Source: Methanothermobacter thermautotrophicus str. Delta H (GTDB lineage: Archaea; Methanobacteriota; Methanobacteria; Methanobacteriales; Methanothermobacteraceae). Taken from it: a DNA stretch of 32,000 nucleotides. The position numbers and the translations under genes were made by a program. The notes under the pieces are model-generated. The model was not told the DNA's origin. It saw only the letters and a program-made list of their open reading frames with translations, and searched no databases. The first letter of the stretch is position 1. Each line of letters begins with the position of its first letter. The DNA lies in NCBI RefSeq assembly GCF_000008645.1, contig NC_000916.1:570001-602000 (forward strand). The letters are read 5' to 3'. Of this stretch, positions 18,943-30,800 are shown piece after piece.

Positions 18943-20166
18943 ATGATGCTAAATTCAGGTGATACAGCATGGATGTTGATCTCAACTGCACTCGTGATAC
19001 TAATGACGGTGCCAGGGGTTGCTATGTTCTATTCTGGTTTAACAAAACGTGAGAATGTTCTGAACACCATCTTTCTATCATTTGTTTCCCTTGGCATTGT
19101 GAGTCTGCTCTGGTTTCTGTTTGGATATGGTCTAATATTCGGCGGGGATGTTTCAGGGATCATAGGATCCCATCAGGTGGGCATCAGCCTTATTAATTTA
19201 GGGTCTGCTTCAAAATATGCTCCAACAATCCCCGAAGGACTCTTTGCAATTTTTCAGATGACCTTTGCTGCAATAACAGTTGCCCTGATTTCTGGCGCTG
19301 TGGTGGAAAGGATCAAATTCTCGTCATGGATACTGTTCATCCCCCTCTGGTTTGCACTCGTATATGTACCCGTGGCCCACTGGGTATGGGGCGGAGGATT
19401 CCTGCAGAACCTTGGTGTTCATGATTTCGCAGGGGGAATTGTGGTGCACATCACCAGTGGCATAGCCGCCCTTGCCCTTGCCCTTGTTACTGGTCCAAGA
19501 TATGACCAGAAACTGATGCCACATCACCTTGGATATTCTGTTATAGGTACCGGTCTTCTCTGGTTTGGCTGGTTTGGATTCAACGCCGGTTCAGCCCTCT
19601 CTGCCGGATCCCTTGCAGCTAACGCCATGATAGTGACAAACACCTCTGCAGCGGCGGGTATGATAGGATGGATCCTCATGGATAGACTTAAAACCGGAAA
19701 ACCAACACTTCTTGGCGCTCTTTCTGGAGCAGTTGCAGGCCTGGCATCAATAACACCTGCAGCAGGTTTTGTGGATATAGGTGCCTCCATTGTCACCGGA
19801 CTTGTGGCAGCTGTTATATGTTATCTTGCAGTTTCATGGCTGAAGCCAGCTGCTGGATATGATGATGCGCTTGATGTATTTGGGATTCACGGTGTTTCAG
19901 GGATCATAGGAACCCTTGGAGTTGGTTTATTTGCAGTTCCAGCCCTAAACCCATCTTTGACCTCAGGAGGTCTTTTAACTGGAAGCACATCCCTTCTTGT
20001 CAGTCAGCTGATTGGTGTTGTCACCGTCACTGTCTACACCTTCGTCGTTACATATATCCTTGCGATGCTGCTGATGAAATTTAAGGGGCTCCGTGTTGAA
20101 AGGGAAGAGGAAATTCAGGGACTTGACATAAATCTCCATGAGGAAACAGGTTACAGACTGACATGA
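18943..20166 (+). CDS. amtB: Ammonium transporter, copy 1
   Basis: Start [14 protein letters not shown] after aaggag RBS at 18931-18936; [79 protein letters not shown]. Confidence 0.97.
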   Translation: MMLNSGDTAWMLISTALVILMTVPGVAMFYSGLTKRENVLNTIFLSFVSLGIVSLLWFLFGYGLIFGGDVSGIIGSHQVGISLINLGSASKYAPTIPEGLFAIFQMTFAAITVALISGAVVERIKFSSWILFIPLWFALVYVPVAHWVWGGGFLQNLGVHDFAGGIVVHITSGIAALALALVTGPRYDQKLMPHHLGYSVIGTGLLWFGWFGFNAGSALSAGSLAANAMIVTNTSAAAGMIGWILMDRLKTGKPTLLGALSGAVAGLASITPAAGFVDIGASIVTGLVAAVICYLAVSWLKPAAGYDDALDVFGIHGVSGIIGTLGVGLFAVPALNPSLTSGGLLTGSTSLLVSQLIGVVTVTVYTFVVTYILAMLLMKFKGLRVEREEEIQGLDINLHEETGYRLT

Positions 20167-20227
20167 ACACAGATTTAAACATGGTTCACAGAAGTACTTA
20201 TAAGAAATCCGGTTAAGGATATTTAAG

Positions 20228-20575
20228 GTGAAGACCATGAGGAAAATCACAGCAATTATCAGAAGGGAGAAACTTGAGGATGTTAAGGATGCTCTGGAGC
20301 TTATGGGAATCCACGGGATGACGGTTTCAGATGTGAAGGGAAGGGGTCAGCAGATGGGTATCCGGGAGAGCTACCGTGGAATGGACTACTGTGTTGATCT
20401 CCTCCCAAAGGTTCAGCTTGAGATCGTGGTTGATTCAGAGGACCTTGAAAGGACTGTTGAGGCGATATCTGAAAATGCCAGGACCGGGGATGTGGGTGAT
20501 GGAAAAATCTTTGTAACCGATGTAATTGATGTTGTTAGGATAAGGACAGGTGAACACGGCAGAGATGCCATCTAG
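20228..20575 (+). CDS. glnK: PII nitrogen regulatory protein, copy 1
   Basis: KITAIIRREKLEDVKDAL, T-loop GRGQQMGIRESYRGMDYCVDLLPKVQLEIVV, ARTGDVGDGKIFV...VVRIRTGE. Confidence 0.96.
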   Translation: MKTMRKITAIIRREKLEDVKDALELMGIHGMTVSDVKGRGQQMGIRESYRGMDYCVDLLPKVQLEIVVDSEDLERTVEAISENARTGDVGDGKIFVTDVIDVVRIRTGEHGRDAI

Positions 20576-20670
20576 GAAATTAAACAATTATTTTTATTTA
20601 ACATATTTCAGTAATTGAGGTTATTATCTAAACTTGTTTTACTCAGCATACATTTATCTGAAACTATATC

Positions 20671-20734
20671 CGAAAGATTTATATATCAGCATCATCTTAC
20701 TCTCATTGTCGGAAGTTACCTTCCTATTTCCGAC
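20671..20734 (+). promoter_or_regulatory. amtB copy 2 promoter: BRE/TATA-like CGAAAGATTTATATA (20671-20685) plus NrpR-type operator GGAAGTTACCTTCC (20711-20724) inside the inverted repeat GTCGGAA/TTCCGAC (20708-20714, 20728-20734)
   Basis: Read directly; exact match to the GGAA-N6-TTCC consensus of the archaeal nitrogen repressor NrpR, located in the long intergenic region just before amtB2. Confidence 0.75.
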
Positions 20735-20780
20735 TATGATATAAATTGTTGGAGAGAAAAAATATAATTAAGAACAATAT

Positions 20781-22368
<1,588 letters not shown>

Positions 22369-22469
22369 TTTTTTAATTCATTGCTTTCATTTTTTAAAAA
22401 CTACTTAATCCCACCCTATTTTTCTTTTCAGGTTTTAAATTAAAGAACTATTTAATTACATATAAATAC

Positions 22470-23033
22470 ATGGAAACCCCAAGTAAGTATCAGATCTGGG
22501 GTGGGGATTTGAAGGGACATGTTATGTTTATTACAGTAATAGCATCTGTTTTTTTACTTGGAGTTGTATCTGCGGACACAGGGAATAACACGACAAACAC
22601 TACTACTTCACTGAATACAACTGCAGTAGAACCCCTTGCGAGTGGTATCCAGATTTCTGTAACACCCACAGCCCTCAACCTTGGCACCGTGGACCCCGAT
22701 GGTCTTGAGAGAGCATATTACTCCATAACAGATGTATCTATAAGAACAAGCGGCGGGATCCTGAGGGTCTCTGTAAGGGCCAGTGGCGACCTCATAAGTA
22801 TCAACAACAGCTCAAACAGAATACCACTCTTAAACCTCAAATACAGCATAAAATATTGATGCCCCTACGGGCCCATAGATGTTCCAAAGAGAAGCTTCAC
22901 AACAAGATACTACACTTTCTGGACCTACAGAGGCTCAGTTAATATAAAAATCCCTGTAAATTATTATCTGACTGTGCCGCCCTATACAGACCCCGGAACA
23001 TACAGGGTAACTGTCACCTACAGGGCCCTTTAA
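22470..23033 (+). pseudogene. Secreted protein gene interrupted by an in-frame TGA codon (22857-22859)
   Basis: Signal peptide-like GHVMFITVIASVFLLGVVSADTG, Asn/Thr-rich linker, beta-rich ISVTPTALNLGTVDPDGLERAYYSITDVSIRTSGG...LLNLKYSIKY, TGA, then the same frame continues CPYGPIDVPKRSFTTRYYTFWTYRGSVNIKIPVNYYLTVPPYTDPGTYRVTVTYRAL and ends at TAA 23031-23033. Confidence 0.7.
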
Positions 23034-23058
23034 AGATTAAAAATAATAAAGGATGGAT

Positions 23059-23940
23059 TTACCATCCTCTATCCTGCATTCTGCCCTCTTCAGGGATTTC
23101 GCTGATTTCCAGCCCCCTCATTGCTGTTCCAAGTCCCCTTGAAACCTCTGCTATAACCTCAGGGTCATCATAGTGAGCTGTGGCCTCAACTATGGCTCGG
23201 GCATACCCCTCAGGGTTGTCTGATTTGAATATACCTGAACCAACAAAGACACCGTCGGCTCCAAGCTGCATCATGAGGGCCGCATCTGCAGGTGTTGCAA
23301 CCCCCCCGGCTGCAAAGTTAACCACAGGAAGCTTTCCAAGTTTCGCTGTTTCCCTGACAAGTTCAAGGGGGGCCTCAATCTTTCTTGAAACCTCCCAGAG
23401 CTCCTCTTCCTCCTTGTTCTGGATCTCCCTGATCTCACTCATCATTATCCTCATGTGCCTAACTGCCTCAACGATGTTGCCTGTTCCTGGTTCCCCCTTG
23501 GTCCTTATCATGGCGGCCCCCTCATCTATCCTTCTGAGGGCCTCTCCAAGGTTCCTTGCACCGCAGACAAATGGTACAGTGAATTTCTTCTTGTCTATGT
23601 GGAACCTCTCATCAGCAGGTGTCAGGACCTCACTCTCATCTATCATGTCAACTCCTAGGGCCTCGAGGACCTGGGCCTCCACGAAGTGTCCTATCCTGAC
23701 CTTGGCCATGACCGGTATGGACACCGCATCCATTATCTCCTGGACCTTGTTTGGATCAGCCATCCTTGCAACTCCACCTGAAGCCCTTATATCAGCAGGT
23801 ACCTTTTCAAGGGCCATGACAGCGACTGCTCCTGAATCCTCTGCAATTGCTGCCTGTTCAGCGTTGACAACGTCCATTATAACGCCGCCCTTGGTCATCT
23901 TTGCAAATCCCTTCTTGAGTACTTCTGTACCATGCAGCAT
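23059..23940 (-). CDS. pdxS: Pyridoxal 5'-phosphate synthase lyase subunit
   Basis: [124 protein letters not shown]. Confidence 0.98.
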   Translation of the reverse strand: MLHGTEVLKKGFAKMTKGGVIMDVVNAEQAAIAEDSGAVAVMALEKVPADIRASGGVARMADPNKVQEIMDAVSIPVMAKVRIGHFVEAQVLEALGVDMIDESEVLTPADERFHIDKKKFTVPFVCGARNLGEALRRIDEGAAMIRTKGEPGTGNIVEAVRHMRIMMSEIREIQNKEEEELWEVSRKIEAPLELVRETAKLGKLPVVNFAAGGVATPADAALMMQLGADGVFVGSGIFKSDNPEGYARAIVEATAHYDDPEVIAEVSRGLGTAMRGLEISEIPEEGRMQDRGW

Positions 23941-24091
23941 GATAAATCTCCTCCATCAGAATGATCATTATTATCTTTGAAAATAAAGGGTTAAATATCT
24001 ATTGCAGCAGTTCATGGCACCGGTATGCACAAGGTATTTAAGAATCCCCACCATATAATTCACAGTTAAAAAAAGCGTGTTAGTGATTCAA

Positions 24092-24286
24092 ATGGTTGCT
24101 GGAACATTCACCGGATCTGTGATCTACTCCCATGCAATACCTGCACTTATGGGATTCCTGAGCATGATTCTGATATGTAATGGTGTTATGGATGATAACC
24201 GGGACCAGGTCCTTGCAGGTGTGGGCATATTCTTTGCAGCCGGACTCTTACCCTTCATCATCCTGCCCTTCATCCTGGGAATCTAG
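24092..24286 (+). CDS. Small two- or three-TM membrane protein
   Basis: MVAGTFTGSVIYSHAIPALMGFLSMILICNGVMDDNRDQVLAGVGIFFAAGLLPFIILPFILGI; hydrophobic segments throughout. Confidence 0.6.
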   Translation: MVAGTFTGSVIYSHAIPALMGFLSMILICNGVMDDNRDQVLAGVGIFFAAGLLPFIILPFILGI

Positions 24287-25113
24287 TCAGATTTCACCCT
24301 CAAGTTTTCTTGTGGCCATTAGGGATGCAAACCTTCCAGCCGCCTCCGGCCCCACCATTCTTCTGGCATGTACATAGGCTGCCATGTAGGTATCCCCAAG
24401 GCCGTGGGGTCAAGTTCTCTCACAGCCCTCACAGCCCTTATCCTTGTTCTGGAGCCGCCATGGCAGATGACTGAACCCCTCCTGCCGCATGTTACCACCG
24501 CCTCAGGGGTATGCTCAGCCAGCATACGCAGAGCCCTCAGAGGGTTATCTGAGATTGTCCCGAGTTCATTCACATCAAGGAATACACCATCCCCTGCCTC
24601 CATGACCCTCCATATGTGCCCTGCATGTTTCAGTATTACACTCCTTCCCTGAGGGTGCCTGAGGTAACCCTGGAGTCCTGTGTAGAGCCTGTACCTTTCA
24701 CCCAGGAATTCCAGGGTCCTGAGGGGTATGTCTGATGGGAGGAGGGGTCCTGCGAGCACTGCAGTCCAGTCCAGTGATGCAAGGCCTTCAAGGTCCTCCA
24801 CCTCTATGGGGTTTTCAGCAAAGTTTGACCTCTGAGTCCTTCCTGCAGTATCCCCGTTGGAGTAGATATTTTCAAATTCAACTGTACGGTCATGGTATAC
24901 AGGCACAATCCTTGTTTTATCCGGGAATTCCTCAAGAAGTTCGGAGTCATCCTCTGAGATGGTCACAAGGGCTGTGTGACGGACTCCAAGGTGGGACAGG
25001 AGTCTTGAGTAGTAGTAGACCGCACCACCAGCCTTCACCTCATGGGAGTCCCCTCTCACTATATGGTCCCTGCTTACCGGACCGATAAGGAGGTAACCTT
25101 CCCCTGAGCTCAC
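24287..25113 (-). pseudogene. PfkB-family carbohydrate/nucleoside kinase, apparently frameshifted at the catalytic motif
   Basis: ORF 24319..25113 carries PfkB features (GPVSRDHIV, GGAVYYYSRLLSHLG, VVTCGRRGS) and ends DPTALGIPTWQPMYM... . The adjacent frame reads GLGDTYMAAYVHARRMVGPEAAGRFASLMATRKLEGEI* to a stop at 24287-24289. The span is 827 nt (3n-1). Confidence 0.78.
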
Positions 25114-25793
25114 CCGGGCCTCACCATCCCTTCATGGAGTGCCCTTCCAACAAGAGCCGCCCTGACACCCATAGCCTCAAGTTCAGGTATCTCCTCAGGG
25201 AGAACACCACCCCCGGGTATTACACGCTCGATAAGGGGTCTGAAGAGTTCAAGGAGTTCCCTGTTGAAACCAGAGGATGTACCGACGGACCCGATATCCA
25301 AGAGGATTATGTCTACTTCATATCCCATCAGGAGGTCCCTTAATTCCTCAAGTCCAATCTCAAGGTTTCTTGAGTGGAGCCTCATGTCCTTAACGTCCAC
25401 GCTGACAACGGTCCTCTCAGGAGGATAGTTCCTGAGGATCTCCTCCAGCTCCTCTGTGCTCTCAAGGGTCTCCGTTGCAACAACGACCCTTGATGCGAAT
25501 TCAAGCATGAAGTGGAAGGTTTCGAGATCCCTGACACCGGCATCAAGGATCACGGGGAGGACATGGTTCACCCTCCTCACTGCCTCAAGGTTTGATCCTG
25601 TGCCCTCGATGGCATCGAGGTCCGCTATGTAGATTGACCTTGCACCTGCTGCCCTGAGGGATAGTGCAATGTTAACTGGATCCGGTGACGGTGAATATAC
25701 TGACTCCAGGGGCCTGTATTTTTCACGTTCACCGGATTTGCCGGATACCGCGATACCATCCATTAAATCAATAACAGGTATGATCTCAAGCAT
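25110..25793 (-). CDS. HisA/HisF-family-related TIM-barrel protein
   Basis: MLEIIPVIDLMDGIAVSGKSGEREKYRPLES, GARSIYIADLDAIEGTGSNLEAVRRV, VILDAGVRDLE, VIPGGGVLPEEIPELEAMGVRAALVGRALHEG. Overlaps the kinase start by 4 nt. Confidence 0.85.
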   Translation of the reverse strand: MLEIIPVIDLMDGIAVSGKSGEREKYRPLESVYSPSPDPVNIALSLRAAGARSIYIADLDAIEGTGSNLEAVRRVNHVLPVILDAGVRDLETFHFMLEFASRVVVATETLESTEELEEILRNYPPERTVVSVDVKDMRLHSRNLEIGLEELRDLLMGYEVDIILLDIGSVGTSSGFNRELLELFRPLIERVIPGGGVLPEEIPELEAMGVRAALVGRALHEGMVRPG

Positions 25794-25938
25794 CGGTATA
25801 ACTCCTGACTAGCTCAATTCTGAATATTTTATGTGTATGGAATACTTAAAGCTTCATGTAAATAGCAGGGATCTAAAAAATAGGGGTCTACAATAAAAAG
25901 AGCAGTACTTGCTGTGGAAATAAGTGAAAGGCGGTCCA

Positions 25939-26277
25939 TTATCCCTGGACCATTATGAGTTTACCTGTCTTGGGGTCACGGTAGACTGTTCCCATCTCAA
26001 CGTATCCCTGACCCGAACCCGAAGTGGTCTGTGGAGTGTCGTTAAGTTCCTGACCCTTCTGGACCTCAACAGCCTTTTTCATGGCCTCCATGGTCTCCTG
26101 TCTCTCCTGGGGAGTCATATCTGCAAATACAACGTTCTGCATGTTCCATGAGAGTACCAGGAATATCAGGAAACCGACTGAGAGTACCAGCATGGCGTCA
26201 ACCAGGTTGGCGCTTCCAGCCATGGGGTCCTCTTCATTTTGATCCGAGAGGAGCCTTCGCCGGCGTCTGAGTGGCAT
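25939..26277 (-). CDS. DUF2149-type protein, ExbD/TolR-like (single TM with membrane-proximal Asp)
   Basis: [41 protein letters not shown]; overlaps the TolQ-like gene by 44 nt. Family name is from recall. Confidence 0.75.
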   Translation of the reverse strand: MPLRRRRRLLSDQNEEDPMAGSANLVDAMLVLSVGFLIFLVLSWNMQNVVFADMTPQERQETMEAMKKAVEVQKGQELNDTPQTTSGSGQGYVEMGTVYRDPKTGKLIMVQG

Positions 26278-26914
26278 TATCCATCACCTCCAGCACTGCC
26301 TCGGCCATTGTCTCAAGATTTGAGAGGTACTCCTCATACCATCTTCTCCTGACCTTGGAGATGATGTATGCTATACCCCCTGATGCAAGTCCCACAACTG
26401 TTGTATCGAAGGCTATGATGATGGCCTGGGCCAGTGTATTGATGTCACCTGCCCCGAGGGCTGCGAGTCCTGGACCCATGGGTATGAGTGTCCCCATCAG
26501 TCCAAGGGTTGGGCCGAGTCTGGTTACAATGTCTGTCTTCTCAAGGCTCTTGGCAGCCCTGAGTTCCTCATTCTCTATCAACTTCCTTGCGAGGGCCTCC
26601 CTTGATTTTGGTCCGAGTTCAGCTGTCCCTGCGATATCAGTGAGCACGGCCTTCTGGCTCTGTGGTATGTCCATCGAATCGACGACCTCAATTATCTTTT
26701 CAGGGGTTCCTGGGTTTGAAATTGATTTTATTGCCGATTCAAGTTCCTTAACATCAGTCCTTATCCTTCCAGAGTACTCTGATATGAGCCCTCCGAGGGT
26801 CACTATGGCGTATACCATGAATAACAGTAGACCTGCTATAACCGGTATGAGGAGGCTCTGGGAGACAACGTGTAGTGCACCGCTCAGTATCTCACTGCCG
26901 GGTACTGCAACCAT
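26234..26914 (-). CDS. MotA/TolQ/ExbB-family proton-channel protein
   Basis: Three-TM layout; [68 protein letters not shown] is the canonical ExbB/TolQ TM2-TM3 signature. Confidence 0.92.
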   Translation of the reverse strand: MVAVPGSEILSGALHVVSQSLLIPVIAGLLLFMVYAIVTLGGLISEYSGRIRTDVKELESAIKSISNPGTPEKIIEVVDSMDIPQSQKAVLTDIAGTAELGPKSREALARKLIENEELRAAKSLEKTDIVTRLGPTLGLMGTLIPMGPGLAALGAGDINTLAQAIIIAFDTTVVGLASGGIAYIISKVRRRWYEEYLSNLETMAEAVLEVMDNATQTPAKAPLGSK

Positions 26915-26930
26915 ATCATATCACCTCTTT

Positions 26931-27650
26931 CTATTCTATGAATGTGCTTTTTCTCTTGTTAAGGTATATTCCAAGCCCCATCAGCGCGAGGGTTCCAAGG
27001 ACGACGTATATTATTGTGTCTATCCCCGGCACCGTGAGGGGTGTCATCTTCATGCTCATGACGCTGTTCACGTTGGGGAGCACGATGGCAGCTGTCAGGA
27101 AGTATAGACCAGCAAAGAGCATGAAGTTTCCAAGTAGAACCGGGTATGGTTTCTTGATGGCGGCTGCGATCCCGTTGGCAAATACATAGAAGAAACCTAT
27201 GAATGCTGCAAGGATTATTCCTGAGTACTTGCCAAGTGTAACCGCAGATACTCCTATTATCGGTGATACCAGAATTATGCTGACGATGACCGCCCCGAAA
27301 CAGCAGGGGCAGGGTGCAACCATAGCCACACATGCAGTCTTTGCTGTGTCACGCCTGTGTTCTTTCCACTCACGGAGAGTGTGGACACCTGCGAATATGA
27401 GAATGGCTGCCATTATGATTGTTATGAGCGAACTGTAGGTGTTGAAGAAGCCCTGAACCGAGTTCATGTAGGCATTTGCCAGTGCTGAAAGGGCATAAAT
27501 CCCTAGACCGTAACCTGCGGTTATTAGGGCCGCCATCTTCCTTGATAGGCCTGCAAAGCCCATTGCCAGTCCAATCTTCACACCGAATATCAGGAGAACC
27601 GATAGGATTCCTGCCTGCCACAGTAGATTTGCAATGTCCATGATCCACAC
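26931..27650 (-). CDS. DUF2162-type polytopic membrane protein with CPCC motif
   Basis: About six TM segments; MVAPCPCCFGAVIVSIILVSP; LysE/CcdA-like architecture. Family name is from recall. Confidence 0.7.
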   Translation of the reverse strand: MWIMDIANLLWQAGILSVLLIFGVKIGLAMGFAGLSRKMAALITAGYGLGIYALSALANAYMNSVQGFFNTYSSLITIIMAAILIFAGVHTLREWKEHRRDTAKTACVAMVAPCPCCFGAVIVSIILVSPIIGVSAVTLGKYSGIILAAFIGFFYVFANGIAAAIKKPYPVLLGNFMLFAGLYFLTAAIVLPNVNSVMSMKMTPLTVPGIDTIIYVVLGTLALMGLGIYLNKRKSTFIE

Positions 27651-27676
27651 CTTCCACCTTCAAGTTTTGTGATAAT

Positions 27677-27690
27677 TAGTATATAAATTA
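27677..27690 (-). promoter_or_regulatory. Candidate TATA element upstream of the DUF2162-type gene
   Basis: Minus strand reads TTTATATACTAA about 30-40 nt before the start codon, in a roughly 200-bp AT-rich gap between CobN-like and DUF2162 genes. Confidence 0.35.
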
Positions 27691-27850
27691 AATTATTACA
27701 GTTCCCTAAATTAAACGCCAATTTTTATTACTACATTTTTTATTACTGAGATCCGGATCCAGATAATAATTCATTCAAATAAATTTTATTTAAATTAAAG
27801 TTAATGTGATATTTAAGTTTTTTCAAAAGAAAAAATAATTGGGGAAGGGG

Positions 27851-30800
27851 TTATTTCCTTCCAGGTCCCATGAAGTAGCCCACTCCAACCAGGGCAACCA
27901 GTGCTATGACACCCAATATGGCGTACACAGGCATTCCAGTATCTGATGAACCGGAGGAACCAGATGCTGTAACCTCATATGATTTTCCTGCACCCTGTGA
28001 TGATTCAGAGCCTGCTCCCACATTCTGTGAGGAGCTCTGAGTACCTGGACTTGCCGCTGAAACACCTTCAGATCCTCCTGAGGTTCCACTACTTCCATCA
28101 TGAGGCTGCCCTCCGGGTGTTGAACCTGATTCTCCACCCTGGTTTGGGTTCTCAGATGGTGCAAAGGCTGCGGCCCCTGTGGCTTCGTATATCTTTGACT
28201 TAACCCTGGCAAGTAGATCAGGGTTAACATACTGCATTGCCCACTCCATCATTGCAAGGTTGCCGCAGCTGCAGTCACAGCATGCCACACCGTACTCAGC
28301 AACAGTGCTTGCCCATGTATTTGCAACCAGCCTCAGAGTGGCCTCATCAGCCTTCCAGAAGCCCTTATGTGCTGCTGTTAATAGCGTCCCTGTTATACTG
28401 ATCATAGAATATGCCCTGTTACCTGTGGAGAGCCATCTGTTCACACCTAGATTGTATTTGTCTTTAATGTATATGTCTGTGATCTCATTCCAGTCATAGT
28501 CATCAACAAGCTGTGGTGCGGTAACCTGCCATCCCCAGAGGTATGCGACGAACTTGTTTGAGATGGTCCTTGCACCGCTATATCCCTCGTTCATCATTGA
28601 CTTTATCCATTCAGGGTTGTAGTAGCGTGTCCTCATTTCACGTCTCATGAACTCCTGCAGTGAGACAACTTCAGGCCTTGATGGGTTGGCGTAGTAGAGC
28701 ACATTGAGTGAAGGTGCCACCCCACCGTTGACCTTCTCAATTGCCATTGAGAGGCCCCCATAGTAGTCGTAGTAGTCATCGTTGTCAATTACACCATAAA
28801 GGTTGGTGCTCCTGCTGTGGTATGCCACTGTTACACCCTTCAGGAGATTCTCAAAGAGACCTTCCATTGATGCTCCCCAGCGCGTGTTTGAGTATGCGTG
28901 ACTCATCCTTCTGAGGTATACATCGGCAAGTTCTGACCTGTTATCCCATGTCCATGCCTCTTCAACACCATGGTTAACCCCTGCGCCATAGTCACCGACA
29001 GGTGGAGCGAATATACGTGTTATGGCAGTATCACCGTCATAACCTGCGAGTACCAGCTCTACCCAGTGCTTTGCAATGTAATTGACGTTAAGTGAATCAT
29101 TTTTGTCTATGATTTTAAGAAGATCTGCCATTGTCTTAGCCTGTTTGAACTGTCCTGTGAGCAGTGGATCTAGGGCAAGGTCAAGCTGTGTCTTGAGTTC
29201 GGGGTAAGCTTGAAGGATCTTTGAGTATGATGCTCCGAGTGCAACCCTGTATGCTACGTCCATTTTGGCCAGAAGGTTGGGGAATAGATCCCTGAAGAGG
29301 CCACTGGTGGTTACTATGACATCAATCCTTGGCCTTGATGTGAGGTTTGAAAGGCCCATGCTGCTTCTCACATTATTGAGGTCTGATAGAAGCTCTGTTA
29401 AATTTGTTGGAACTATGTAGGATAGTTTTCCGCCTCCGAGCCAGGTCTTATCGTCCATCTTTGGCTGCACACCCAGCATTCTCAGGACGAATGAAACCAT
29501 TGCACCGTCGTCTCTTGCCGTCTCAACGCACCAGACCACCGCAGCCATCTTTTCAGGAATTGTATCGAGCTGGGCCAGGGCCATATCTGCGAGCCTCTTA
29601 CCAAGATCCCACGCCACCTTTGTTGGTAGTGTGTTGTCGTCCTGGGCATAGAAGTTTCTTCCTGTTGGAAGGGCGTATGGGGCCTTAACTGGATCTCCTC
29701 CCTTTGCAGGAGTTATGTAGTGTCCGGATAGACCCTCCATAAGTGCATCCATTTCACTGGAAGGACTGTCCTTAAGGAGTGATGCATACTGGAGTGCCAG
29801 CTCAAGCTTTGAGTGGAGTGTTGCCTTGAGAGATGGATCCGTGATGTTTTCAAGTAGTGTGTCGATCGATGTTCCCCTTAAAAGTTCCATTATCATCTCT
29901 ACAGTGGCATTGTTAAGTGCTTCAGCCTGTTCAAAGGTGAGGTTGCTGAAATTCCATCCATTCATCATAGATATGAGTCTCTGTAGTGATGGGTCCACGT
30001 CGCTGTCTGGTGAGAGCATCCCTGATACCATGAGGGCCACTTCACTGTCAGTCCAGTTGAGACCAAATGTGTCAAGTCCATAGGGCATCAGTGTACTGGT
30101 AATGCTCAGAAGGTAGTCATGCACCCTGTCTATGTCATCGTCCGTCATGTTGGTTGCGTTAATCCCAAGATCCCTTGCAAGGTCAAGTTTGATTATGGTT
30201 TCCCTGATCTGCTTTGCATATTCGTCTCTCATGGGGTTTCCAGTTGGTGTAGCCTCGTAACTTGACACGAGCCCTGCAAGTTCCTGAAGGTCACCGTAGA
30301 GCTTTGTTCTTGTCAGCGGTGGTGTTAAATGATCTATGATCACTGCAAGTCCTCTTCTCTTGGCTTGCAGACCCTCTCCAACACCATCCATTATGTAGAT
30401 GTATAGTGATGGTGTATCTCCTATGCATATATCAGGGTAATCAAAGGATGAGAGGGCATACTGTTTCCTTGGTGTCCACTCGTAGGTTGCGTGTCTTCCA
30501 ACGTGTATCTGCGCATTTGCACCGAAAACCGTGTTTACCCATGCATACCATGCAAGGTAGCAGTGAGGTGGTGGAACTATTGTGCTGTGGTAGAGGTTTG
30601 CAGCGTCGGCTTCCCATCCCCTCTGTGGTTCCGGGCCTATGAAGACATTTCCAAACATGAGCCCCGGGATCACTACGTACTTCCTTCCATTTCTTGTTAC
30701 AACCATGACGTTTCCTGGTGGTTCACCCCAGCCAGTCATCCCTGAAACATTGAGGGCCATGAACTGGTTTTTGTAGATGTAGAAGAGATCCCATGCCGTT

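Noticed and set aside
22857-22859. TGA as selenocysteine codon
   Set aside because: No SECIS-like structure was identified, the context (Y-x-CPYG in a beta-rich secreted protein) is not a known selenoprotein, and this lineage is not known to me to use Sec. A Trp-to-stop change or base-call error is simpler.
26271-27107. 278-aa plus-strand ORF
   Set aside because: Fully antisense to the TolQ-like and DUF2162-like genes; Ser/Thr-rich low-information composition typical of shadow ORFs opposite GC-biased genes.
27721-27850. AT-rich short repeats (TTTTTATTACTAC / TTTTTTTATTACTG, AAATAAATTTTATTT) between the CobN-like and DUF2162-like genes as a regulatory RNA or riboswitch
   Set aside because: Too low-complexity to support; no conserved structural elements recognisable. 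Any cobalamin/metal switch would more likely be upstream of the CobN-like gene, outside the window.
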